Shown here: positions 17,055-29,608 of the stretch, one piece after another | Position numbering within the stretch: the stretch's first letter is position 1 | Layout: the number at the start of each line of letters is the position of its first letter | Assembly (NCBI RefSeq): GCF_003334815.1 | Contig: NZ_QOWO01000002.1 | Source of the DNA: Escherichia coli | GTDB taxonomy: Bacteria > Pseudomonadota > Gammaproteobacteria > Enterobacterales > Enterobacteriaceae | Length of the DNA stretch: 64,000 nucleotides | Reading direction: 5' to 3' (one strand) | Notes under the pieces: model-generated | The model's database searches: none | What the model was told of the DNA's origin: nothing | Seen by the model: only the letters and a program-made list of their open reading frames with translations | Position numbers and translations under genes: made by a program

Positions 17055-17172
17055 ACGTAGCGTAAACGCCTGATCCGTCCAACGGTTCGGATTTTGTAGG
17101 CCTGATAAGACGCGGTAGCGTCGCATCAGGCATCTGTTGCCGGATGCGGCGTAAACGCCTTATCCGTCCTAC
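17055..17172. repeat. REP (repetitive extragenic palindrome) cluster between hcxB and ybiJ
   Basis: Repeated GCCTGAT...CGCATCAGGC and TGCCGGATGCGGCGTAAACGCCTTATCCG units. Confidence 0.8.
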
Positions 17173-17175
17173 GAA

Positions 17176-17436
17176 TTACTTATAAATTACCGCAGTACCG
17201 CTTAATTTATTGTTGTTGGTGGCGGAAGTGATGCTGTATCCACTGGCACCGGCTGCCGCGGCTTTCTCAGCCAGTTTCGCTTCCAGGGCATCGAGGGTGG
17301 ATGCGCCATCGGCAGAAACCACGCCGATTTTATTCATGTTCTGTGCCTGGGATGCCGTTACCGGTTCCGCCGCGAACACGCCAAATGACAGAGTTGAAAG
17401 AGCCATAGCAGCAACAACAGTATTGATAGTTTTCAT
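17176..17436 (-). CDS. ybiJ: Small secreted DUF1471/YhcN-family protein YbiJ
   Basis: ORF track 86 aa; signal peptide; clear paralogue of mcbA in this window. Confidence 0.9.
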   Translation of the reverse strand: MKTINTVVAAMALSTLSFGVFAAEPVTASQAQNMNKIGVVSADGASTLDALEAKLAEKAAAAGASGYSITSATNNNKLSGTAVIYK

Positions 17437-17700
17437 AATTAATCTCTCGCAGGTGATTTTTGTATAAGTGACGTTGTTTCGTCGATGTGATGAGTATCAC
17501 GTTTTTTTACGAGAGATAAAATCGAAGAGAATTGACCGCCTTGTTCAAATAAATTGATTGATATCTAACCTACTGATAAACCATTTATTTGTTGTACTTA
17601 TGAACTTGTTTTATACCGCGTGGCAGTCACAGCAGCGTTAAAGGCACGGAATGACACGCAAAATACAAATTATACTCGCTATGCATCTCGCCAGTTGTAG

Positions 17701-17967
17701 TTAACGTAACTGGCTGTCTTTCGAACCTCTGCGATTATATCCTGTATAAGCTGGTTTTTGTAAATCTTTCTCCTGCTGACAATGAATACATAAGCGCACG
17801 CCAGGAATGGCTTCCCGACGGGCCTGCGGGATGGGGGCACCGCACTCTTCACATTCATCCAGGCTTTCGCCGCGCGGAATTTCACCCCGAGCGCGGGCAA
17901 TCGCATCTTCAATTGTACTGTTGATCTGTTCGTTGACGGCGTCATCGTTAGCCCAACCGGATGCCAT
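17701..17967 (-). CDS. ybiI: DksA/TraR-type C4 zinc-finger protein YbiI
   Basis: ORF track 88 aa; CxxC...CxxC (CEECG...CIHCQ). Confidence 0.85.
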   Translation of the reverse strand: MASGWANDDAVNEQINSTIEDAIARARGEIPRGESLDECEECGAPIPQARREAIPGVRLCIHCQQEKDLQKPAYTGYNRRGSKDSQLR

Positions 17968-18040
17968 ATCGACCTCCCCATATCAATACTTGTACAGTTA
18001 AGTGTAGCTAATCCAGGGACGAACTCGGGCAGTTCAAGCA

Positions 18041-18718
18041 TCAGATCTCCGACCATTCCCGCAGCAGATTATGATAAAGATTAAGCAGCGACAGGATCTC
18101 TTCACTTTCGCCGTAGCGGCTTTTCAGCGACTGAATATTGTTGTCCAGTTCAAACAGCATGGCGCGCTTTTTATCATCGCGGATCATCGACTGGATCCAC
18201 ATAAATGATGCCACTCGTACGCCGCGGGTTACGGGTGTCACGCAATGCAGGCTGCTGGAGGGATACAACACGAGATCGCCTGCCGGGAGTTTTACCCGAT
18301 GTTGTCCGAAGGTGTCATTAACGACCAGTTCGCCGCCGTCGTAGCTTTGTGGATCGCTTAAAAACAGCGTGGCAGAAAGGTCAGTACGCATCCAGCCGTT
18401 TTGTGGATGGCTGCGTACTGCGCCATCCACATGGAAACCATAGGTTTCATTGTTCTGATAGCGATTAAACAGCGGCGTGGAAAGGGTACGCGGCAAGGCC
18501 GCGGCAAAGAATAAAGCATGTTGGTTAACCGCGTTCAGCACCTCATTTTGCAGGGCGGCGTATAACGTGCTGTGGGTGTCGACCTGTTGATTGTTCTTAA
18601 CTTGCGCACCTTGTGCGCCGGTGGTGACGCGTCCATCCACCCATTCGGCTTGTTCCAGTTGTTCGCGAAAACGAGCGACGTCCTGTGGCGATAACACGCC
18701 GGGAATGTGGTACATCAT
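18041..18718 (-). CDS. ybiX: PKHD-type Fe(II)/2-oxoglutarate-dependent hydroxylase YbiX (PiuC-like)
   Basis: ORF track 237 aa; start trimmed to MMYHIPGV (225 aa); HxD motif (FHVDGA); 41 nt downstream of fiu. Confidence 0.85.
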   Translation of the reverse strand: MMYHIPGVLSPQDVARFREQLEQAEWVDGRVTTGAQGAQVKNNQQVDTHSTLYAALQNEVLNAVNQHALFFAAALPRTLSTPLFNRYQNNETYGFHVDGAVRSHPQNGWMRTDLSATLFLSDPQSYDGGELVVNDTFGQHRVKLPAGDLVLYPSSSLHCVTPVTRGVRVASFMWIQSMIRDDKKRAMLFELDNNIQSLKSRYGESEEILSLLNLYHNLLREWSEI

Positions 18719-18759
18719 ACAATTTCTCCAAAAAGTGGGGCCTGCGCCCCACATCTGAA

Positions 18760-21042
18760 TCAGAAATGCATATTGGCTGTGAGCAAGAAGGTTCTTGGCT
18801 CGCCCGGGTGATAACGGTAGCCGCTCTTGTTGATTGAGGCGACGTAATCGGTATCAAACAGGTTGTAAACGTTTAGCTGGAAGTCGAGATTGCGATTAAC
18901 TCGATACCCCAGTTTGGCATCGGCGACCCAGTAACCTTCGGTAAACGCTGGCGTTCCCACCGCGCCGTCTGAACCTTTATGCATACTGCCGATATAGCGT
19001 GCGCCCGCGCCAACAGAGATATCGTCGGTTGCCTGATATTGGCTCCATAAGGTGAAGGCGTGCTCCGGGGTATACGGCAGCGATGAGGAACCATCCTGGG
19101 CAACATCTTTGCCGTTTTTGATGGTTGCTTTTTGCTGGGTATAGCCGCCAATCACCTGCCACGCGGGAGTGATATTCCCGGCCACGGATATCTCATAGCC
19201 TTCGACGCGTTTCTTACCGTATTGCGAGTAAGTTCCGTCATCATTTTGCTCAACTTCATTTTCGATATCAGTGCGGAACAGCGCGGCGGTGAGCAACAGA
19301 CGTTTATCCAGAACCTGCCATTTGGTGCCAATCTCGCTGGTGTTGGCTTTTTGCGGTTTAAAATCGGTGCGGTTGGCACTGTTACCGCTGCCAGACTGCG
19401 CAAGGGCGAAGTTGTTGCCGCCCGGAGGCTGCTGGGAAACGGCATAGTTAATATAGACATTGCCGTTTTCCGTCAGGTGATACAGCGCCCCGGCTTTCCA
19501 GTTCATCAGATTGCCCGACTTGGCGGTGTCGACGGTGGTGACCGGAGAACCTTTTGCCACACCAGTTGGGCAGGTGATGGCACCGCGTCCGCTGCCGCCG
19601 CAGGCGGTGGCACTGTCATATTCAGTATGATAATTATCCAGACGGATCCCGCCGTTCAGCTCAAAATCACGGGTGATTTGCAGCGTATCAAAGGCGTAAA
19701 TTGCGAAGGTATCCGTCTGACCATTGGCGTTTGCGCCGTTGCGCGTCAGGCCGCCGGGATGAATGCTGCTGTCAGGATGATAAATATTTACCGCGGGTAA
19801 CGTCACCGGATTAACGCCGTAGTTAGTCTGCGTTTCACGGGTAAATTCCACGCCGGTACTGACATCATGACCGATAGAACCGGTATAGAACGTCGAGGTC
19901 AGGTTGGTCTGGTTGGTGAGAATTTTATTACTCACATCTTTGGTATTCGCCGTGCGTGACCAGGTCCAGCTATTCACATCGCTGGTGGGCTGAGTAATAT
20001 TCGACGCCCCGCCCATAATCGCCGTCATCAGGTAATCCTGCTTTACGCGCGACCAACGGGTAGTATTGCGAATGGTGGTGTTATCGTTGATGTCGTGCTC
20101 AAAACGCATGGTGGCGGTGTCGGTGGTCGAATCGTCGTAATCGGAATCCGTGCCGTAAAAGTTATGAGTATCAACTTTTCCGGAATGATTCAGGGCCGCC
20201 GTTCCCGCAGATGGGGCAGAATAGCCCGGCAAACCGATGGTCGGAATGCCGCCGTCTGGCGTGTTGTGCTGGGTGACATGCAGATAATTAAGATACAAAC
20301 GATTCGCTGTACCAAGGCCAAAAGCGACAGAAGGGGCGACGCCGTAACGCTCATTTTTGACTTTGTCGCGTCCGGCATCGTGCGTTTTTTCGCCCATTAC
20401 ATTCAGGCGCACCGCGGTGGTATCACCAATGACCTGATTGACGTCCAGCGTGCCGCGGCGGAACCAGGCGCTGCCAATACTGGCGGAGGCGTCAATGCCG
20501 GAATCATTGCGCGGCTGCTTGCTGATCATATTGATCGAGCCTGTCGGTGCGCTGCGCCCGTAGTCGGTGCCGGACGGCCCTTTAATCACTTCGACCTGCT
20601 CGGTATTGAAGGTGTCGCGCGAGACGCTGCCGATATCGCGAATGCCATCAATATAAATACTGTTAGAGGTATCGGCACCACGCATATAAATGGCGTCGCC
20701 AGTGGTGGAGTTACCGTTCTCACCCGCAAAAAACGCACCCACGCCGGGGACGTTTTTGAGCGCGTCGGTAAGGTTGGTTGCGCCCTGATCTTTAATCACT
20801 TGTTCAGAAATTACCGTCATCGTGCGGGTAGTATCCGCTACCGGACGCGAGAATTTCGGATCGGCAGATTGTTGTGGCGCATAAAGCGAAGGCGTTGATG
20901 CTTCGACAACCAGCGTGTCATCCGCGTTAGTTTGCCCTTCGGCGGCGAGTGCCTGAGCCACAGGCGTGATGCCAATACAAAGACCGGCAAAGAACGTGAG
21001 CGAATGAAATTGTCTGGCAGGGAAATTGCGATTGTTTTCCAT
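18760..21042 (-). CDS. fiu: TonB-dependent catecholate siderophore receptor Fiu
   Basis: ORF track 760 aa; signal peptide, TonB box (DTLVVEA), C-terminal aromatic residue (...NMHF); Fur box upstream. Confidence 0.95.
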
Positions 21043-21145
21043 TTTGCAGGTGACTTTTTCTTATATGTTGAAATTTTCACTGCCACGAGAAAGCCTCTCT
21101 GCGGATGCGATGCCACTGTTAATCCCGTGATAGTGCTCGTGAAAG

Positions 21146-21172
21146 TGATAATAATTTTGATAAGCATTATCA
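21146..21172 (-). promoter_or_regulatory. Fur box in fiu promoter
   Basis: TGATAATAATTTTGATAAGCATTATCA: GATAAT-type hexamer repeats ~100 nt upstream of fiu start. Confidence 0.75.
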
Positions 21173-21306
21173 CTTGGAGCGATTTTCTATCACCCATTGC
21201 GCGAAAAAGAAATACATTTATTTACATTGAGTTCATATTTGATGTTTTTTGATTACAAAACAGACGAAAACTGCATCCAGAGGCGAATGCAGTTACGTTG
21301 GTGGGG

Positions 21307-21567
21307 TTATTTGTAGATGGTTGCAGTACCGAACATCTGGTCATTTCCGCCTGCGGAATTAATGACATAACCTTTCGCGCCTTGTTCGCGCGCTTTTTCT
21401 GCCAGTTTATCCTCCAGATCGCTTAGGTTTGATGCGCCAGTTGCCGAAACGGTACCGGCGGGCCGTAGCTGACCGCTGTCCAGGTTACTCATCGGTTGCG
21501 CGGCATAAGCCGTGAGAGAGATTCCGCTCAGGACGGTGGCAATCAGTAGTGTGAGGCACTTTTTCAT
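21307..21567 (-). CDS. mcbA: Small secreted YhcN-family protein McbA (YbiM), colanic acid/biofilm related
   Basis: ORF track 134 aa; start trimmed to MKKCLTLLIA (86 aa, signal peptide); paralogue of ybiJ. Confidence 0.85.
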   Translation of the reverse strand: MKKCLTLLIATVLSGISLTAYAAQPMSNLDSGQLRPAGTVSATGASNLSDLEDKLAEKAREQGAKGYVINSAGGNDQMFGTATIYK

Positions 21568-21842
21568 AATGACATCCTCATAAATACAACGGGTAGTGCC
21601 TGATAAGTGTAGGTCGCCTGCGCGATGCAAATGACGCAAAAAATTGACAGAGATGTGCTTATTTTTTGAACGATATATTTTTACAAAATAAGACAAATCA
21701 ATGACATGCATAATGCTGATTTTTATGATGAATTGCCATAAACCATAGCCATGTTAAGGTTTTGGGGAATGATAAACGCAGCCAGATATTTACCCTGTCG
21801 CGTTATGCGGGTATCTTACGCCGCTGCTTAAAGGAGAATGCT

Positions 21843-22769
21843 ATGTCCGCCCAGAAACCGGGGTTGCATCCGCGCAACCGTCATCACAGCCGCTACGATC
21901 TCGCCACGCTTTGTCAGGTCAATCCTGAACTCAGGCAATTCCTCACGCTTACACCCGCCGGGGAGCAAAGCGTAGACTTTGCCAATCCGCTGGCGGTGAA
22001 GGCGCTCAATAAGGCGTTGCTGGCCCATTTTTACGCCGTAGCGAACTGGGATATCCCCGACGGTTTTCTCTGCCCACCAGTACCGGGCCGGGCGGATTAT
22101 ATTCATCACCTTGCCGATTTACTGGCAGAAGCAAGCGGAACAATTCCAGCGAATGCCAGCATTCTGGATATCGGCGTTGGTGCGAACTGTATTTATCCGC
22201 TGATTGGCGTACATGAATATGGCTGGCGTTTTACCGGTAGTGAAACCAGCAGCCAGGCGTTAAGCAGTGCGCAGGCGATTATCAGTTCTAATCCGGGGCT
22301 TAACCGCGCCATTCGTCTGCGTCGGCAAAAAGAGAGTGGGGCGATTTTTAACGGCATCATCCATAAAAACGAGCAATACGACGCGACCTTGTGTAACCCG
22401 CCATTCCACGATTCCGCCGCTGCGGCACGGGCAGGTAGTGAGCGTAAACGCCGTAACCTGGGGCTGAACAAAGACGATGCACTGAACTTTGGCGGCCAGC
22501 AACAGGAGTTGTGGTGTGAAGGCGGTGAAGTCACCTTTATCAAAAAGATGATTGAAGAGAGCAAAGGCTTCGCGAAGCAGGTGATGTGGTTTACATCACT
22601 GGTATCTCGTGGTGAAAACTTACCGCCGTTGTATCGTGCCCTGACGGACGTGGGCGCGGTGAAGGTGGTTAAAAAAGAGATGGCCCAGGGGCAAAAGCAG
22701 AGTCGCTTTATTGCCTGGACCTTTATGAACGACGAGCAGCGCCGCCGTTTTGTCAATCGCCAGCGTTAA
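21843..22769 (+). CDS. rlmF: 23S rRNA m6A1618 methyltransferase RlmF
   Basis: ORF track 335 aa; start trimmed to [10 protein letters not shown] (308 aa); SAM-MTase motifs ([15 protein letters not shown]). Confidence 0.9.
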
Positions 22770-24991
22770 AGCGTTGGTTCCCCCGGCGGTAACGGTTCAG
22801 CCGGGGTCGCGCCCGGAGCAGGCAGCACCTGATAAGTCTGCACTGGCGCGCGAACGCCCGCCAGGTCGAAATGTTTTTTCACCTGGCTGTCGAGGGCAAA
22901 GCGTACCGTCCACTGTTTGAGTGGCAGCGTGGTGAACGAAACACGCAGTGTAAACGCGGTATTGCTTAAGCCGACAATCCCGGCAAAATTCGGTTCACCA
23001 ATAATCAGCCCGCGAATTTCTTCGTTTTCCATTAATTCCGCTACCGCATCTTTCAGTGCCTGATTGGCTTTATCAGCATCTTCATGGCGATCAACATCAT
23101 AATTTGCCACCACCGAACCAATGCCGCGGACAAAGTTAGCAAAGGTGGTTATCGAAGACCACGGAATGATGTGATACGCCCCGGTATCCTGTCGTACGCC
23201 CACGGAGCGAATCGACATCCGTTCCACTGTGCCGGTCAACGGCCCGATAGTCACCAAATCTCCAGTGTTCATGCCGTTTTCAAACTGAATAAATACCCCG
23301 GTGATAATATCTTTCACCAGCGTTTGCGAACCAAACGAGATAGCCAGACCTAATGCCCCGGCACCTGCCAGCAATGGCGCGATATTGACGCCGATTTCCG
23401 ACAACACAATCATGATGGTGATGGTACTGATAATCACCGCCAGCGCGTTACGAAACAGCGTAAGCAGGGTACGCGTGCGGGCGCTGGGTAGCGGGCGGCC
23501 ATGAATATCCGAAGCCAGCCGGTTTTCGATCAAACTGGCGAGCACCGTCCAGCCAACCGCCGAGAAGAAAAGAATGAGTGCGATACGGATCAGGATATCT
23601 ACGGTTTTCTGCCCCGCGCCGTTTTGCAGCCAGTTCCAGAAATCGAACAATCCCCATGCGCTCAACAGCAACATTACCGCCACGCAGACTGTCAGAATAC
23701 GCGCCGTTTTCAGCGCCGCCGACAGCCAGCCATTCAACCGTTTTTGCAGCTCCGGATAGTTACGCTGAGTATGTGGCGAGAGAGTGATGGTTTTCGCCAG
23801 CCAGCGGGAAAACATACCGGAAACAAACGCTGCGATACCAATAATCGCCAGGCTGCGCACCGTTGCACCCATCATAAATTTCAGGCTGTTGCCCGGATCG
23901 AACAACGAAAAGAAAAACAGCACGATAAAATAGGCGCTTGCCAGCCAGTGCCACACCAGCGCAAAGGCGCGGATAAACAGGCTGAAAAAGGCCAGCGAAT
24001 GCTCCGCGAAGTTGAGCAAATGCTGGGTAATCTCTTTTTTATTACGAAAGATCAGGTACAACGCCCAGACGGTCATGCACAGCATAATGATGACGTTCGC
24101 CAGCGCACCTATCTGTACATTCACCTGATTAGAGATAATCGGCACGGCCACAATCAGGCCATAACCTATCAAACTGCTTAACCAGCTCAGGCGACGACTC
24201 CAGTAACGGGCGCTCTCGTCCTGAATCGTGAACGGGCGCAGCTCCGCCACGTTTGGGCAAAAAATCAGGCGTAGTACGGCTTTGAAAAATTCAATGAGGG
24301 CAAAGGCGTTGAGAAACAAACTTTGTTGGAAAGCGATGGTGCGACTGCCTGCATTCAGGTTGTCGCTTAATACCTGGCCGACAAATAATGTCAGGGCCAG
24401 TAACAGCAGGTCGATAATAAACGCCCCGATAATCATCGCCGGAAGCTGCAACCAGTTGCTGCGCTCACGATTTTTTTGCCGCGCCCACTGACCCATTTTG
24501 CGATACAGCGGCAGTGCGCACAGGCGAATCAGCCAGTAAAAACCAAACACTAATACCGCTAACATTGAAAAATGGGTCAGCGCATTGCTGAAGGTTTGTG
24601 GATTAAACGGCTTATGCGGGGAGCCGGTGATATTGCGATAAAGTTGCCCGAAGCGGGCGGAAAGGGCTTCACCATAATGGCGGCTGACTTCGGTGACCTT
24701 TTGCAGCACGGTTTGCTCTTCGACCAGCGTCGGCGGCACTATTTTTGGTACCGGTTCAGCAGGGGGCGTAGCGGCAACGGTGCGCAACTGGTCGATCAAC
24801 TCTTTACGCGAGGTGTCATTATCCAGCACATCCGCCAGTGCGCCATAGGCCGCTTTTTTTTGTTCGATATCCGGTTCCGGGGCCGGTTCAGTCGTTGAGT
24901 CCGTTGTCGTTGTGGTTGTAACGCCGGGTATGGATACCGCGTGGGCAGGTGCGCCCAGCAGGCAGAAGAGGATGAACAGGATCCACCGCAT
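22766..24991 (-). CDS. ybiO: MscS-family mechanosensitive channel YbiO
   Basis: ORF track 786 aa; start trimmed to MRWILFILF (741 aa, signal peptide); periplasmic domain, TM bundle, MscS-like C-terminal half. Confidence 0.85.
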
Positions 24992-25140
24992 GACTCCTCC
25001 AGTGAGAAAATAGAGCAAAAAGATAAGTATAGATGCTGGAGGAGGGGCGATTTTAAATGAGAGGAATCTGGTGTGCCTCCCTTTCGGGTGAAAGGGAGGA
25101 AGGGATATTAAGCAGGTTGCTGACAACGTGCGGGCTTTTT

Positions 25141-25243
25141 TGCCGGATGCGGCGTGAACGCCTTATCCGTCCTACAAGTTCATGCAATTTTAATAAGTTG
25201 CCAGATATCCTGTAGGCCTGATAAGCGTAGCGCATCAGGCAAT
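25141..25243. repeat. REP pair between glnQ and ybiO
   Basis: TGCCGGATGCGGCGTGAACGCCTTATCCGTCCTACA ... TGTAGGCCTGATAAGCGTAGCGCATCAGGCA. Confidence 0.8.
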
Positions 25244-25251
25244 GTGTCTTA

Positions 25252-25974
25252 TTAAGAGACGTGCTGCAAAAATTCCTGCAAGCGCTGGCTCGGCGGGTTC
25301 TTGATCAACACCTGCGGATTGCCATCTTCCGCAATCCGGCCTTTGTCGATAAAGATCAGCCGCGAAGCTACTTTCTCGGCAAAACCGATTTCGTGGGTCA
25401 CGATCACCATCGTCATCCCTTCTTCAGCCAGATCCTGCATAACCTTCAGCACTTCATGGCGCAGTTCCGGGTCAAGAGCGGAAGTCGGTTCATCAAACAG
25501 CATCATTTTCGGCTTCACCGCCAGCGCGCGGGCAATCGCCACACGCTGCTGTTGACCACCAGAAAGTTCGGAAGGGTAGTGATGTGCACGTTCTGCCAGA
25601 CCGACTTTCGCCAGCAGCTCACGTGCCAGTTTTTCCGCCTCTTCTTTGTTCGCGCCACGCACGCGTAGCGGGCCAAACATGACGTTTTCCAGCGCTGTCA
25701 GATGCGGGAAGAGGTAAAACTGCTGGAACACCATACCTGCTTCCTGGCGAATCAGGCGCTCGTCAACTTTCGGATCGTTAACCTTCAGGCCATCGACAAT
25801 CAGATCGCCGGAGGTGATTTCTTCCAGTTTGTTGATGCAGCGCAGCAGGGTCGATTTACCGGAACCGGACGGCCCGATAATCACCACGACTTCGCCCTGG
25901 GCAATGTTCAAATCGATATTGTGCAGCACCTGGGTTGGGCCAAAGTGCTTGGAGACGTTTTTAAATTCAATCAC
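25252..25974 (-). CDS. glnQ: Glutamine ABC transporter ATP-binding protein GlnQ
   Basis: ORF track 240 aa; Walker [10 protein letters not shown], signature LSGGQQQR. Confidence 0.95.
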
Positions 25975-26630
25975 AGGATTTTCATCCTTCTTTCCAGACG
26001 ACGCAGAATAAAGCTCAGCACCAGGGTAATAATCAGATAGAACACCGCCACGGCGCTCCAGATCTCAAGGGCGCGGAAGTTACCGGCAATAATTTCTTGC
26101 CCCTGACGGGTCAGTTCCGCCACGCCGATCACAATAAACAGCGAGGTGTCTTTAATGCTGATGATCCACTGGTTACCCAGCGGCGGCAGCATACGACGCA
26201 GTGCCAGCGGTAAAATGACGTAGCGAATGGTTTCCCAACGTGAAAGACCGAGCGCCAGTCCTGCTTCACGAAAACCTTTGTGGATAGACAGCACCGCACC
26301 ACGCGTGATTTCCGCAATATACGCGCCGGAGTTGATCATGATGGTGACCACCGCCGCAGTAAATGGGTCGATGCGTAAGTCGTTAAACGCCATCGGCAGG
26401 GCGAAATAAATAAACATCACCTGGACGACGATAGGTGTGCCGCGGATCACTTCAATAAAGACCAGCGCGACGTGGTTGGCTATCCAACCTCCGAAGGTGC
26501 GTGCAAAACCTGCCAGCAATCCGATTACCAGACCGCCTGCCAGACCGAGGACCGAAATCCACAGGGTCATTTTGGCACCTTCAATCAGAAGCGGAATGGC
26601 AGGCCAGATGGCACTCCAGTCAAACTGCAT
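25971..26630 (-). CDS. glnP: Glutamine ABC transporter permease GlnP
   Basis: ORF track 219 aa; overlaps glnQ start. Confidence 0.95.
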
Positions 26631-26688
26631 ATGTTGTTCCTGTTACCGTGGTGTAAATAATCAAATTCAGGGTAATTAATGGCCCCGG

Positions 26689-26745
26689 AGCGGGTTTGCG
26701 CCCCTCACCCTAATCCTCTCCCCATAGGGGAGAGGGAACTGCCAG
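26689..26745. repeat. boxC-like intergenic repeat in glnH-glnP spacer
   Basis: GCGCCCCTCACCCTAATCCTCTCCCCATAGGGGAGAGGGAA: CCTCTCCCC/GGGGAGAGG inverted repeat, recalled as boxC family. Confidence 0.5.
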
Positions 26746-26768
26746 TGCGTTTTACAGGTGTAGCGTTA

Positions 26769-27530
<762 letters not shown>

Positions 27531-27569
27531 CTATCCACGGGACGATCCCCTGCGTGACATTCACATATA

Positions 27570-27586
27570 TGAAAAAATCGTGCCAG
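27570..27586 (-). promoter_or_regulatory. sigma54 (-24/-12) promoter glnHp2
   Basis: Reverse strand reads TGGCACGATTTTTTCA (GG...N10...TTCA) ~55 nt upstream of glnH. Confidence 0.7.
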
Positions 27587-27658
27587 TTTTGCAACTCCTT
27601 GATTTTTCGAGATGCGGCAAAAACGTGATGCACGATTTATAGGGCAATACCCTGAAGA

Positions 27659-27688
27659 TGCACCATTCTGGGGCACCAATCTGGTGCG
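27659..27688 (-). promoter_or_regulatory. Tandem overlapping NtrC (NRI) enhancer sites for glnHp2
   Basis: TGCACCATTCTGGGGCACCAATCTGGTGCG: two TGCACC-N-GGTGC-like dyads ~100 nt upstream of the sigma54 promoter. Confidence 0.7.
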
Positions 27689-27845
27689 CTAAAATTGTGC
27701 ACTCAACACAGTGATTATTTAGCGTAAAACCTGATGAAAAAACAATCTTTATGTAACGATTGTGTGATGATGTGGATACAAAAAATTTACTTAATCAGCT
27801 GGAGATAGCAGATGGATGCACTAAATAAGTGCGTTGAGGTGGGCT

Positions 27846-27879
27846 GCAAAACAAAACGGCCTCCTGTCAGGAAGCCGCT
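27846..27879 (-). terminator. Intrinsic terminator after dps
   Basis: Hairpin CGGCCTCCTG/CAGGAAGCCG followed on reverse strand by TTTTGTTTTG; 40 nt downstream of dps stop. Confidence 0.7.
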
Positions 27880-27918
27880 TTTATCGGGTACTAAAGTTCT
27901 GCACCATCAGCGATGGAT

Positions 27919-28566
<648 letters not shown>

Positions 28567-28720
28567 TTAGATATATTGATAAGAACAATTCTTATTTATC
28601 TGCTCGCCAGGAATTTTCGGAATAAATATGCTTTTGCATAATTCGATATATAAAGACGGTGTAGAGGAAAAGTAGCGAGAAATTCTGCATGGTTATGCAT
28701 AACCATGCAGAAATGTAAAT

Positions 28721-29608
28721 TTAATTAATGTCTAATTCTTTTATTTTGCTCTCTTTGCGTACTGTCAGCGTAGACCCCATTGAAGCGGCGATGATAGCGC
28801 CGAGCGCCAGTAGCTGTATGGGTGTCAGTGTTTCTCCGAGGAAAATCATCCCGGAAACGGCAGCCAGCGCCGGTTCCATGCTCATCAGCGTACCAAATGT
28901 CCGTGTTGGCAAACGGGTGAGGGCAATCATTTCCAGCGAATAAGGCAGAGCGGTCGAGAGAATAGCGACAGCCAGACCCAATGGAATAACCGACCAGTGC
29001 CAGAGTGCTTCACCAGCCTGAAGCGCTCCAATTGGCACGAAAATTAACGCTGCAATCAACGAACCAATTGCCACCGTCGCAGGGCCATGTTCCGCTCCTG
29101 CGCGTTGCCCACTTAAAATGTAAATAGCCCAACAAGCCCCGGCCCCCAGTGCCAGCGCACAGCCGGTTAAATCGACATGGGAAACGTCTTGCCCCAGCGG
29201 TAGCAGGAACCACAGACCAAGAACCGCCAGCACAACCCAGACGAAATCTACCGGGCGACGAGAAGAGAACAGCGCCACCGCCAGTGGTCCGGTGAACTCC
29301 AGCGCCACCGCAATACCCAGCGGTACTGTCTGAATAGAAAGATAAAAAAGATAATTCATCCCACCCAGCGAAACGCCGTAAAACAACAGCGGTAACCGTT
29401 GCTCTTTGGCAAAGCGCAGTCGCCATGGCTTAAAGAACGCGATGAGGATCAGCGTTCCTAATGCCAGACGCAGCGCAGTGACACCCGGTGCGCCCACCAG
29501 AGGAAAAAGTGACTTAGCTAACGAGGCTCCACCCTGAATAGACGCCATGGCAACGAGCAATATGACTATTGGTAACCAGACCGGCATTTTACGTAATGAA
29601 CCAGGCAT
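28721..29608 (-). CDS. rhtA: Threonine/homoserine exporter RhtA (DMT/EamA family)
   Basis: ORF track 299 aa; start trimmed to MPGSLRKMPV (295 aa); 10-TM hydrophobic profile. Confidence 0.9.
   Translation of the reverse strand: MPGSLRKMPVWLPIVILLVAMASIQGGASLAKSLFPLVGAPGVTALRLALGTLILIAFFKPWRLRFAKEQRLPLLFYGVSLGGMNYLFYLSIQTVPLGIAVALEFTGPLAVALFSSRRPVDFVWVVLAVLGLWFLLPLGQDVSHVDLTGCALALGAGACWAIYILSGQRAGAEHGPATVAIGSLIAALIFVPIGALQAGEALWHWSVIPLGLAVAILSTALPYSLEMIALTRLPTRTFGTLMSMEPALAAVSGMIFLGETLTPIQLLALGAIIAASMGSTLTVRKESKIKELDIN

Noticed and set aside
19132-20898. Long + strand ORFs (222 aa and 267 aa) inside fiu
   Set aside because: Antisense to a well-supported TonB-dependent receptor gene; low-complexity Gly/Arg-rich translations typical of GC-rich antisense frames; no independent start signals.
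24992-25126. 45-codon extension of ybiO; similar upstream extensions for pdeI, fsaA, rlmF, mcbA, dps, ybiX, bssR, dacC, ybjG, gstB, ybhF and cecR
   Set aside because: ORF track takes the most upstream ATG/GTG/TTG; the internal starts give signal peptides or conserved N-termini and the recalled annotated lengths. Exact starts remain unverified without RBS scoring or proteomics.
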